A stretch of DNA of 64,000 bases from Amoebophrya sp. A120. Lineage: Eukaryota > Protista > Dinoflagellata. Position 1 is the first letter of the stretch. Each line of letters begins with the position of its first letter. Of this stretch, positions 1-10,853 are shown one piece after another. The notes under the pieces were generated by a model, which had not been told where the DNA came from, ran no database searches, and saw only the letters and a list, made by a program, of their open reading frames with translations. A program made the translations under genes and the position numbers. The stretch covers positions 2,892,658-2,956,657 of the forward strand of contig CAJINV010000006.1 in the NCBI GenBank assembly GCA_905178155.1, in the 5' to 3' direction.

Positions 1-209
1 TATCCAAGGAAAAAACTGTGTAAGTGTAATTTTCTTGGAGGAATAGCATCACAAGTTTGCTCTGCATGACACGGAAAACCTGTCATGCGTAGCTAGTACG
101 TGAAGACACGTACGAAAAGAGCCTCTGATGCACATCCAGCATGACAAGTGTAACAGTTTTGCACTTTCTGCATCACAGACCTACACTCACATAGTTTTTG
201 TCTTGCATA

Positions 210-3200
210 GGCATCTCTAGTCGAAGGCGGAGAACCGGAATTAGCGGTGGAGGAGTTTATCGGCGCTTGCATGCGACTATGAGATGATGAGAGCACAAGA
301 ACCTCCTATTTCCCTCATTTCAAGGAGGGCACCATGAGTACCAGGAATAGAAACACCGCTTAGCTACATGGACCTTGTGCAGCATGACAAGTTCTTGTAC
401 TTCCTGCGCCGTTTGATGATGTCCGGGATTTATTGTCATGCAAACTGCGCCAAATGAGTTATTATTATACAGCAACTGGATTTGGCACTTTGCATGACAT
501 CAAATGAGGGCCGCCGTGGGGGAAAGTTGTGCAATCTGATAGCGACTCAAGGGCGAGGCGAAGTCGAAGGATTCGTTTATCGTGCAGTTGTCGGTCATTC
601 AGGCGACGGAGAAAATCGAATTTCTCGGGAAGACCACGGAGAGATGCAAGAGGTGTTCTTGGAATCATGATTTTTTGTTATACTACGTTGTATCAAGTTA
701 CTTAATATTTTTCGCGGCCCGCGCCCTTGACATTCATGCTTATCAGGGGACCGACACCGAGGAAAAATTATGGCCGCTACTTTCTAGTTATGGTGGCGTC
801 AACGACGCTTTTTTCAAGTATGCTGAAAATTTTGATATGCATTTTTTTTCGCATGACGATTCGGGTTCCGAGCACTTGGGCGACACTCGAAGACATCGCG
901 CCCCGTTCCCACAGGGCCTGTGTCTATCAGCTTGGAGGCTGGCCACGTCAAGCTCCTCCGGGGCCCACTTCGTGGAGGGCCCGCCGTGTGGCATTCGCTG
1001 TTGGCGAGGCGCCACGGCGTCCCGAAGTGCACCAAGGGGCGCGCCCCTATGTGTTGGCGATGCGCATGCCCCGCCGCGCGGGCACACTTCGAGCAAGTAG
1101 AGGCGTTGCACAGGTTGGGCAAACCTCGACGATGCCGCGCAACATTGGGCCGCGTTTTTGGTTTCCCATCGATTCGGCGCGCCCACGTTCGTGGCGAAGG
1201 CTTTGCGGATGCGCCCTCCCTGTGCGCGACCGCATAGACATAGTCGGTGGGCCCGCCGCCAATCGCGAGCGCGGCGCCTGTGCGAGTTCAGTCCCCGCGG
1301 CGCCGCCCGCCCGCCGGGCCGCCGTGCAGCCCGCCGAAGCCTTTGCCGGGGTATGCCCCCGCGGCCGCGCAAGCCTGCCCGGCCCCGCGCGACCTGCCAG
1401 GCGACTGCGGGCCAGTAAATGCACTACCAGGAAAGCGTCGGCGGCAAGCCCCGGGGGCTGCCTCCGGAAGGGGTGAAAAGATGCCCCCAAAAAAAACGCG
1501 AAACCCCAGCGAATGATGCCCCTCAAAGAGGTCCCCAAACGTCCCGGAGCAATTGCCCGACGCCGGGCAGAGAATTCTCCGGAAATTGCGCCGAAGGACC
1601 TCTGCCTGTGCTTGGGGTGCCTCGGAAATAAAAGACAACAAAGCTGAAACGGGCCGCGCCCCCCCTGCAGGAGCCGCCGGTAAGTTGGCCCGAGCGCCGC
1701 CGCCAGGGATTTTGCTTCGCGATAGGCGGCACTGGCGCCTGTCAAGGGGGCGCGCACAGATTAGCGAGAGCAAAATGTTGGTGGTGTAGGGTCCACGCGC
1801 TTTGGCGGGCCAGGGTTTCCGGCCGTGTCCGGAAAAGCTGGCCCCCGTCCGGCCTTTTCTTCCAAGGTGCATTTTTTGGCATTATTTTCGCCCACTGCGC
1901 CCAATGTCTTCGCCGCTGGTATGTCGGCAGGGGTTTCCATAGATAGAGGAGAGACGGGGGGCCAACGAGGAAACCTTGGGCGGATGTCGGGAGGCGCCCT
2001 CCCTCCCCGAAATGATCTCAGACAATGCGCGCGGGCCAACACGGCGGGCCTGTTCATGGGCGTCTAGCTTGGCTCCCCTCTCATTGGGCCTGCGCAATCA
2101 AGTGCGCGGCCCGCTTCTGCAGTTTCATTGCCCGAATGCGCACGGGCGGAAGGGCGGCGCATTTCCAAAAAATACGCATAGAAAAATTCTCAGCATACTT
2201 GAGAAAAGCGTCGTTGACCGGGCCATACTAGTACGCAATCATGACGTTTAGTACAAAGAGAATCTTCCGTGTCTTGAGCACTTACTTAATACTGAAGGCA
2301 GAATTTTTGATGTGGCGCGTGTTTCAGATACGGTCTGTGTTTGTTTTTTTGTTTTTAACTGCAAATTTCTGGTCGATGCTTTTCAAGCATGCAAAATGAA
2401 AATCTTTTTATGAAACTTATTCAGGTTCATTGACGTTTCCCGGGGCTTAGTAGACCGCATGGATGTCAGTACCCCCATAATATATTTGTATGCCAGTACA
2501 CGAAGGGCCCTGCCCCTTCCTGTCCTAAAACAAGCGCCACATACAAATCGCCAGTGCATATAAAATGGGCAGTTTGTCTGGCCCCTTCTGGTCCCGCCGG
2601 ACCCTTCCAGCACTGGCCCGGCCGTCAAGTACGGGGCCCCAGTAACTACTGGAGGTCCCGTACGCAACTGGTCCTACGATGCCCCTGCGCCCTCGTTTTA
2701 TATTGCCCTGGTTTGGTCCGACTGCAATACGTGGCTGCCTAGCTAAAACAAAACAGCCACTCAGTGAAAAACATTGAAAAAAGCGCTACGCCTCGGTCTT
2801 CTCCATTTTCAGTAGACTCTGCAGCAAGAGTGCTTTGCTAAAGGAGCGAGAGAATTCTGCTAGCTACCAAAGCGCGCACGCGAAACAAACTCGGCCCTTG
2901 TATGTTTTCGAAGCGCCGCCTGCAAGCGTGCCGCCACCGCCTGCTAACAAAATATCGATCCGCAATAGTTCCTCACCGCGCGCGCGCCGCTAGTTTTTTT
3001 GGTTTAGCTCCCCTTTTCTCCGCTTGTGTCGCTCCTTGTGCGCAGTGCGCGCTCGGCAAGCCTCCCTTTGCGCTCTCCTGTTGTTCCGCGGAGCGATCTT
3101 TTCGCGCGCGGTGGATTGTGGCCTGCTTTGCGTAGCAATTTGCTGCTCTGTCACACTCACCACCAGCTTTTTATTCGCTTTTCTTGGACCATACAACTCC

Positions 3201-6200
3201 ATTGTATGCGTCCGGCAGTACATACAAAAACTGCTTTTTTGTATAGCGGATTTCGGTGTTCCTCTCTCCTTTCGTATGTATTCAGGCTTAGAAAAAAAAG
3301 AACACAAGCCAATTTTTAATCAAGCGAATATTTTTCGCGCCAAAAATATACTTCTGATAAAAAATATTCGTTTGGTAACGCATTGAACGGCGTCGCGAAC
3401 GACATTGGACACCGTACAGCGTTTGTGACCTGCGGGCGATCTAGGACAGAGGAGTCGCGCTGCGATCCCTTCTATCTTGAACACATAGCTTTGCTGCAGT
3501 TGCCGTTCCTTGTTGCAGTTGCGCACGTGTTTCCGCTACCGAGAAGCTTGCATCCGTTTCCTGGCCCCTTTGGGCAGAATGCGGCGCAATTGTCGCAAGT
3601 GGGTCGGTTTACTTATTTCTAGTTGCGCACGTTGGGAAGATGCGTAGTGCTATGCGAGCCGAGCGGTCGGCGGCCGGTCGCGAAAATGTTTTGCGCAAGC
3701 AGAGCCCGCTTCGGCTTTTTGCTTTGTTTGGAAGAGCGCGAGCGCCTTTTCGTGTTTTGCCAGCCTGCGCTCGGGGCCAGGAAAAAGCCTTTTGCTTATT
3801 GCGCGCGCCTATTTCGGCGCCATCATTGGTACTGGTGATGGTGTGCGCGTGGTGTTTTGTGCTCTTACGGCGGGAAAAAAAAAATCGGCGCGCTGCGCGC
3901 GCACAGGCGCCGTGGTTTTGGTAGTTGCTTGCGATGCCCTTGTCGCGTTTGGCAATCAGGGGCAGCGGCCGGCCGAGAAAAAAGACGTGGCGTGCTGCGC
4001 ACGCGCAGGCGCCCTGACTTGCTTCGGTAGTTAGGGGTTGGCCGAAAAATTTTCTTCGCGCGCTGCGCGCGCGCAGGCGCTCCGACCTTGTGGGGGCGCG
4101 ACAAAAATGCTGCTTCACGCCCGCCAGCAGCCGGGGTCTGGCCGACGAATGAAAAAGCGCTCGCGCGCTGCGTGCGCGCAGGCGCCTCGGCCTGGGTGCG
4201 GCGAAAATTTTTTGCAGCGCTCCCGGTAGTCGGGGGCTAGCAGGAAAAAAAATTTTCGCGCGCTGCGCGCGCGCAGACACCTAAGCACCGCGCGCAGGCA
4301 CCTCCGTAGGCTCTCGCGCGTCCTGGGGGCGCGGAGAGCTCTACTCGCGTCCGGCAGCCGGTGACCTGTCGGGGAAAAAATTAGTTCTCGCGCGCGCGTT
4401 GCGTGCGCGCAGACGCCTTGGACTGAGAGCGCGCAAAGTTTCTGTCGCGTGCGGAAGCGGGTGGCTTGCCGGAGAAAAATTCTTCGCGCGCTGCGCGCGC
4501 GCAGACGCCTTGCCATAGGGGCGTCAAGCTTTCCTGGGGGGGCTAGCCGGATTGATTGGCCGGCGGGCTTGGTCGCAAATTTTTTTCGCGCCCGGCAGTC
4601 GCAGCTTGGCCGGGCGACAATTTTGCGCGCGCGCGCCTGAGAACGCGGACAGCTTTGCTCACGGCCGGCAGCCCGTCGGGGGAAGGGATGCTCTGTTTGA
4701 AAAAAAAACTCGCGCGCTGCGCGCGCGTAGGCGTCTCGGCCCCAAAGGGTGGAGCTTTTTTTTGCGACCGGCACGCGGAGGCCTGATTGTAAAAAGTTTT
4801 CACCGCGCGCGCTCGTTGCCGCCTTGGTCTGAGGTCGCGCGCAGGAAATTTTTTCGCGCCCGGCAACAGAAACTGGAGGGAAGAAAGTTGTCGGGCGTTG
4901 CGGGCAGGCGCCGCGGCCTGAGAGCGCGCGCAGGGCGGAGCTCTACTCTTATTCTGTAGCCGGGGTTTTTACGGAAAAAAAGTGCGCGCACACGCTGCGG
5001 GCGCAAGCGCAGGCGCTTCGATCTGATAGCACGAAAAATTTTTTCGCGATCGGCAGGTGGGGGCTTGCCTGAAAAAAGTTTTCCTGTATTGCGCGCGCCC
5101 TTTGGCGGGCGCCTTTGCAGGAGAGCGCGATCGGAAAATTTTTTCGCGCCCGCCAGCCGGTAACTGGGAGGGAGAAACTGCGTCGCGCGCGAAGCAGGCG
5201 CGCGGAGTTGTTTTCTCGCTTTCGACAATGGTGGCCTGCCTTGGAAAAAAATTGCCGTTGCGCTGCGCGCGCACAGACGCCTTAGCCTGGCTGCAGGCGC
5301 CGCGCGCCTTCTTCTCGTCAAGCAGACAGTTGGGGGTTGATCGGATAGGGAAGCTCTTCGCCCGCTAGGCGCGCGCAGGGGCCTTGGCGTGAGAGTGTGG
5401 GGCGACGACTGAGGGCGCGGAGCGTTTTTCTCTTGTCCGTCGACCGGGCGCCGCCCTGGTTTTTCTCTATTAATCTCACTCCGCGCATTGTTCGCGCCCG
5501 GGGATTTTCCGGCGGGTGTTATCAACGAAACGCCCGGGCGCTGGCCGTACCATTCAGCGTAGCTAGGTTTTTCGTGCTCCCCGCGCAGCGTGGCGGGCAT
5601 GCTCCTCTAAAGGCCCCACGCATTCCCGCCCTGTCTCCAAGGCTGGGAGCTGCGAAAGCCGCATGCCCGCCCGGGTAAAAGTCACTTCAAGAAATAGCCC
5701 GCCAAAAAAATACGTCTACTGTTGCTGGCCGTCTTTTTCTGAGAGAAAAACCACTGCGCCTGTTGCTCGAGTCTCTGTTTCGCCAGCGCGCTTGCGCTTC
5801 GTGTGGGGAATCCTGGAAACCCGAGGAAGCCATGGGGCACGCAAGGGCGGGAGGGAGACTAGCGAAGGGCGTAGGTAGCAACGTAAGTCGAGGAATCGGG
5901 AGAAACAGAGGCTGTGGGGATGCGTGTGGGCTTCGGGAATGAGGAGGCACGCTCGCGGCTGCGGGTGCAGTCGTGCAGGCCGTCGCGGTCTGGCAATCGC
6001 TCAGGTCGCGCCTGCAAGCACCTTTCTGCGAGTCAGAGTCTTTGTTTCACTCTTCCCGAAGAAGCAACGTCTTAGGCTCCCTTCTGCCCGAAGTAGATAG
6101 ATAACTGCATATTGAGGGTTTCTCGGCCCTTCCGAGGCCGCCCTGGCCCTCCTTCGCCTTCTGACTGAGGCCGCCGTGGCCTTCTGAGGCCTTCTGAGGC

Positions 6201-9200
6201 CAAGAAGGATGCCGAGGCCAGACCAGTCAACCAAAAGGATATATCTTTTCAAAGATATATTTTTTTCAAACGAATACTTTCGCAATATTTTCGCCAATTC
6301 TTTGCCTTTTTTATGCTTTTGGTTTCTCTTTTTCTTATTCTTTTATTTCTTTTTTCTTTTCTCTTCTTTTCCTTTGTATTTCTCCTTATCTTCGTCATCT
6401 CTCCGTCCTCCCCTATTCAAGTGAATATTTTCAATCAAACGAATATTTTTCGTGTTCTTTCTCTCCGAGCTCAGATAGATGGCCCTTTCGTATGTTGTAG
6501 GTACCCTTCGCGTACTGGGTGCCCTTCGTGTACTGGTTCACATGCAAAGTGAAAATCTTTTTATGAAACTTATTCAGGTTCATTGACGTTTCCCGGGGCT
6601 TAGTAGACCGCATGGATGTCGTCCTGAAACGGCTGCTAGGAATTGCAAGGAATCTTCGATCTGGACGTCTGGAAGGTGGCTGCAAGACTTGTCTCAGGCA
6701 GTGATTTTGCATGAAGTTTACGCGTGATGTCTGTGATGTATGCCGTAGCATCTACTTCTTCGCGGATCTTGATGTGAGGAACTTATCTGGTAACCAAAGC
6801 GTGCGCAAGCGCCGCTCATCCATCACAAACGCAGCGCGAAGGCTTTGCCGTTGCCATATGGGAGGGACTCGAGAGTATGCAAACACTCGCAAAATCGAGC
6901 ATTTCCCAGTGTGTTTTGCCTTCAGAAAGCGGATCGGGCAGAATTTGAGGGAGTTTTACCGAAAGCAGCCAAAACAGCAATTATCAAGCGGGGAGAGCGT
7001 AAAAAAGAGCAGTTTTATTGCTCCGCCCGGTCTGAATCTGAAAAAAGATAGTGGCATTTTCGGCAAGGGCCGATGGTGTGATGCGTTTTATAGCGGAAAG
7101 TGCGTCACTTCCGGGCAGCTTCAGTCGCTTAAAAATTAAAAAAAAGGGCTTAAGAAGTGTGTTTTTTCACAGCATGCAAGCGGGCGACAAAATTTACCGA
7201 TTTTCTCCAGTCCCCGGAAGACGCTTAGAAATTGAAAAAAAACACGAAAAAAGTTACATTTTTCGCAGCGTGGAAGCGGCCGACAAAATTTACCGATTTT
7301 CTCCAGTCCCCGGAAGCTGCTTGAAAATTGAAAATGACAATTTTTGCTGAAAAAGCAAAAGCCGCTTACAAATTGCCGCTCCAAGACGGTTTTTCAAATT
7401 GTCACACGGCCCACACCGTCGAGATTGGAAGAAAAAATACAGCTACTAAGCCTGTGGAGGTGTGTCACACGGGCACGGTTTTCGTCCTCTCTGAGGGTCG
7501 CGACATGAGATCCCTCCTGCTTGGAAATGCCCGATCTGGGTGGCCCAAAAGGGCAGCCGGAAATGAAGAAAATTGCATCACTTTTTGAAATTCGTGTCTT
7601 TTACCTGGCCAGCGCGCCCCCGTGCGTAAGTAACGTTATGCGGGACGGTATAGTGGCCTCCAGAACAGGCTAGCGGTATACGGGCCAGGCGGCCAGTTTG
7701 TCATGCAGGGGCTAGAACGGATGCCCCGCTGCGAAATAGCAAACCGGATTTCGCCTTCAATGCTTATCGCAGGAGCCTGCGGGCCGCCGCGGGCGACAGT
7801 AGTTGTCCGCGGCCCTTTAGGGCCGCGGGGAAGTGATGTCTGTGATGCATGCCCTAGCATCTACTTCTTCGCGGATCTTGATGTGAGGAATAATTCCTGA
7901 TGCCCATACCGCCTGAGAACAAAAACTGCACCTTCTGCGTAAGTAGCAATTCGAATTCTCGTGCCCCTGGTGGAGCTGCTTGTTACGCGGCAACAAAACA
8001 AATTTTTGTAGAATCGAAACGCAGGAGCTGCATAATTACAACAAGTTTATTGCTGCATCCAAATGTCGTCCAGACCCAGATCGATTAAGAATTTGCAATG
8101 CATAGCTGCATATGAACTGCAAAAGTATCGTACTCGTATAAATGCATTACAAATTTTATCAGCATGAGAAATAAAATTTGTAATGCTGATTTGCCTTGAC
8201 AAAGAAATTTGTAATGCAAGACCTCGTTCGTCCCAAAGCCTCGCCATCGAGTTCGTCCCAAAGCCTCGCCATCGCTCTCAGAGCCTTCAAAACCTGTCCA
8301 GCCAGTGGATCCATTAAGCGGTCGACGAAATTGATACAACTAAGATCAGCACAGGAGCACTCAGGCAGATCACGAGGCAGGGTGAGGAACTTACAGGATC
8401 CCAAAAAAAAAAAATATACTAAGCAGGTAAAGACAAGAGGCTAAGAAGATCGAGCCCATCCAGATAGAGAAGCCCGGAGACGATCCAGACCAAAAAAAAA
8501 AAAAAAAAAAAAAAAANNNNNNNNNNNNNNNNNNNNNNNNNNNNNNNNNNNNNNNNNNNNNNNNNNNNNNNNNNNNNNNNNNNNNNNNNNNNNNNNNNNN
8601 NNNNNNNNNNNNNNNNNNNNNNNNNNNNNNNNNNNNNNNNNNNNNNNNNNNNNNNNNNNNNNNNNNNNNNNNNNNNNNNNNNNNNNNNNNNNNNNNNNNN
8701 NNNNNNNNNNNNNNNNNNNNNNNNNNNNNNNNNNNNNNNNNNNNNNNNNNNNNNNNNNNNNNNNNNNNNNNNNNNNNNNNNNNNNNNNNNNNNNNNNNNN
8801 NNNNNNNNNNNNNNNNNNNNNNNNNNNNNNNNNNNNNNNNNNNNNNNNNNNNNNNNNNNNNNNNNNNNNNNNNNNNNNNNNNNNNNNNNNNNNNNNNNNN
8901 NNNNNNNNNNNNNNNNNNNNNNNNNNNNNNNNNNNNNNNNNNNNNNNNNNNNNNNNNNNNNNNNNNNNNNNNNNNNNNNNNNNNNNNNNNNNNNNNNNNN
9001 NNNNNNNNNNNNNNNNNNNNNNNNNNNNNNNNNNNNNNNNNNTTTTTTAGCGCACCTTTATGATGGCCTTACTGTTGAAAGGATGGAGGGAGTTAAGTCA
9101 GTTTTTAGAACCCAGTCTGTTTATGCTAGCAAAGGGCTAGTGCGCTGTGGACCCCCAGGATCAGGTAGACGAGGTCCCAGACCGAAGTGGTAGGCGCTTA

Positions 9201-10853
9201 GGGTGAACTATGTATGTAGCGCTTAGGGCCCTTCCGTACGGCCAATTTGTATGCCCGCAACGGGGTTCGCCTAAGTCGGTCATTTATATGCAAGGCGTTG
9301 GGTTACCCGGTCGGCAGAGCCGATCCACAACGAACGAACGAAGACCTGCATTTATACGAGTACGATACTTTTGCACAGCATACTGCAGAGAATCGTGCCC
9401 CACCGGCCCGGCGTGGAAAAAAACCTCACCAAGGAGGAAAAATTCTTCCTGTATTACAGTGAAAAATGCCCCCACCCCCAAAGTTGCAGAAATTTGTGAT
9501 GCGAAATTTTCAAATGAAAACTTTTTGCCATGCATGAAAGGAGTATGAATCTTTCTGATGCAGAGTCTAGGCGTGTATCGCATCGCTTGCATGACAAGCG
9601 CCGCTCTTGCCGGGATCTTCTGCAATACAAACCTTTGCGATTCACGATTGGAAATCTGTGATGCTGATAGATGCAAGAGGGCGAATGTTTCTATTGGAAA
9701 GGTTTGCAACACAAATGCTCCCAATTTCGGGGGTGGGGGCATTTTTCATTGTAATATCCTGGTGCCGCAGTTTACCGACAAAGTCCCACTCTATGGAACG
9801 ATTGCACAACTCGCTCACTTGTTCTCGAGGCTTTGTCTATTCATCTTCCATTTTCTAATTTATTAGATTTACAAACGGCGACACGCAGAAGCAGAAGCAA
9901 CTAAAGAATTTTTTTTGCAACGGCCTCATCTGTAGTCGTGTGCAAGATGACAAATGCTATAAATGCATCATCAAAAATGAATAAAAAAGAGAGCGAAAAA
10001 ATAATCCGGAGGAGTCGTTGTGCAATTTCATACCCTCGGCGTGCCCTACGGTTTCGGGCGGATCGCGATGCAGAAATCAAAGGGCTACGACAGGAACTTT
10101 CAACCCAGATTCGACGAGCTCCGTCGTTTGGGCGGCCTCAACCAGGAGATCTCGCAGGCGAAGGCACTGTATCCTGTGCAAAAGTTGTATATATCGTACT
10201 AGTATAAACCGCATGACAAATTTCTCAGCGTGATGAAAAATGGAACTTGTAATGCGGATTTAGGTTGAGAAAAATATTTCTCATGCGTGACTGCGATTAA
10301 TAGTACGAGGTGCGATACGACTTTTGCAATGCATAGACTGCTATCCTGTGCAAAAGTATCGTACTCGTACAAATGCTAACGCAAGTCTTGCATTACAAAT
10401 CTTGTTTCCAAGGCAAATCTGCATTACAAATTTTATTTCTCATGCTGAGGAAATTTGTAATGCATTTATACGAGTACGATACTTTTGCACTGGATAACTG
10501 CGGATGAGTCGGAAGAAGAAGAAGGGCGTTGCGGTATAACCCGCTCAGCTGTTACAATCTCAAGTGTTACAATAGAATATGAAAATCTGTGATGCAAAAC
10601 ACACATGGCCTAGCCTACTCCCACAGCATTGCGCATGACAAGTTCTGGAGTCCCAAACTGCACGAGAATTATGTGGCGAAATTTGTAATGCAGAAAGTGG
10701 AACGCTGTGCGGGTCTGTCATGCTCATCATGCAACACAAAATCCAGATTCTATTGTAACGTTTGAGATGGTAACCAATTTGAGCGGTTCATATGCGGGGG
10801 AAATCACGGTGCTTGGGGAGGGAATTGGTGGTGGAAAGGAAAATTTGTACTGA
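210..10853 (+). CDS. 3' part of a multi-exon gene: EF-hand-like motif plus coiled-coil tail, probably the C-terminus of an ion-channel-type protein (5' end lies upstream of the window)
   Basis: Removing the TAT..ATA elements at 1, 278, 6637, 8111, 9452, 9792, 10170, 10342 and 10535, plus a large intron (~643 to ~6598, boundaries uncertain), gives ...ELAVEEFIGACMRLKGEAKSKDSFIVQLSVIQATEKIEFLGKTTER-LVDRMDVVLKRLQRIVPHRPG...VPLGVPYGFGRIAMQK...ALRMSRKKKKGVAGEITVLGEGIGGGKENLY, ending TGA 10851-10853. EEFxxxCMRLKGxAK resembles the post-S6 EF-hand region of dinoflagellate channels (recognised from memory, not searched). Confidence 0.65.
708..2281. mobile_element. Old GC-rich intronic insertion with subterminal inverted repeats
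   Basis: IR GTCAACGACGCTTTT(T/C)TCAAGTATGCTGA(A/G)AATTTT at ~798-833 versus ~2183-2218; flanking direct repeat TTACTTAATA at 698-707 and 2282-2291. Boundaries are uncertain. Confidence 0.55.
2468..6540. mobile_element. 4.07-kb non-coding insertion flanked by an 80-bp target duplication
   Basis: 2388-2467 equals 6541-6620 (1 mismatch). Perfect 16-bp asymmetric subterminal IR CCAGTACACGAAGGGC at 2493-2508 and 6521-6536; hairpin at ~2629-2664; internal degenerate repeats. Confidence 0.85.
3875..5285. repeat. Dispersed degenerate repeat: A/T tract followed by CGCGCGCTGCGCGCGCGCAG(A/G)CGCC, about 10 copies
   Basis: Copies near 3890, 3995, 4060, 4165, 4258, 4390, 4486, 4711, 4985 and 5262. Confidence 0.85.
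6782..7832. mobile_element. 1.05-kb insertion flanked by a 58-bp target duplication, nested in a family A introner (6637-8104)
   Basis: 6724-6781 equals 7833-7890 (2 mismatches). Hairpin CCGCGGCCC-TTTA-GGGCCGCGG lies just inside the right end; internal ~76-bp duplication at ~7160 and ~7258. Confidence 0.85.
8225..9340. mobile_element. Insertion with 7-bp TSD nested in a family B introner (8111-9382); spans the assembly gap
   Basis: TSD AAGACCT at 8218-8224 and 9341-9347; termini CGTTCGT...ACGAACG; poly(A) 8492-8516 precedes the gap. Confidence 0.75.
8517..9042. other. Assembly gap
   Basis: Run of N. Confidence 1.
9452..9756. mobile_element. Introner family C, representative (~305-335 bp)
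   Basis: TIR TATTACA(G/A)TGAAAAATGCCCCCACCCCC; repeat TCCTG/TCCTG. A close reverse-complement copy lies at 20817-21125; others at 28961 and 57968. Confidence 0.95.

Noticed and set aside
2629-2664. Rolling-circle origin (hairpin reading CAGTAGTTAC on the minus strand, resembling NANTATTAC)
   Set aside because: Imperfect match, mostly within the stem, and no Rep ORF; kept only as a hairpin.
727-6424. Many R/A/P-rich ORFs of 100-266 aa as transposase or viral genes
   Set aside because: They overlap on both strands, are low complexity and show no recognisable catalytic motifs; explained by high GC and repeats.
7833-7862. 18S rRNA-like word GTCTGTGATGC
   Set aside because: The match is about 11 nt and is introner interior containing the shared motif; no other rRNA landmarks.
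9198-9230. Telomeric TTAGGG
   Set aside because: Two isolated hexamers, not a tandem array.
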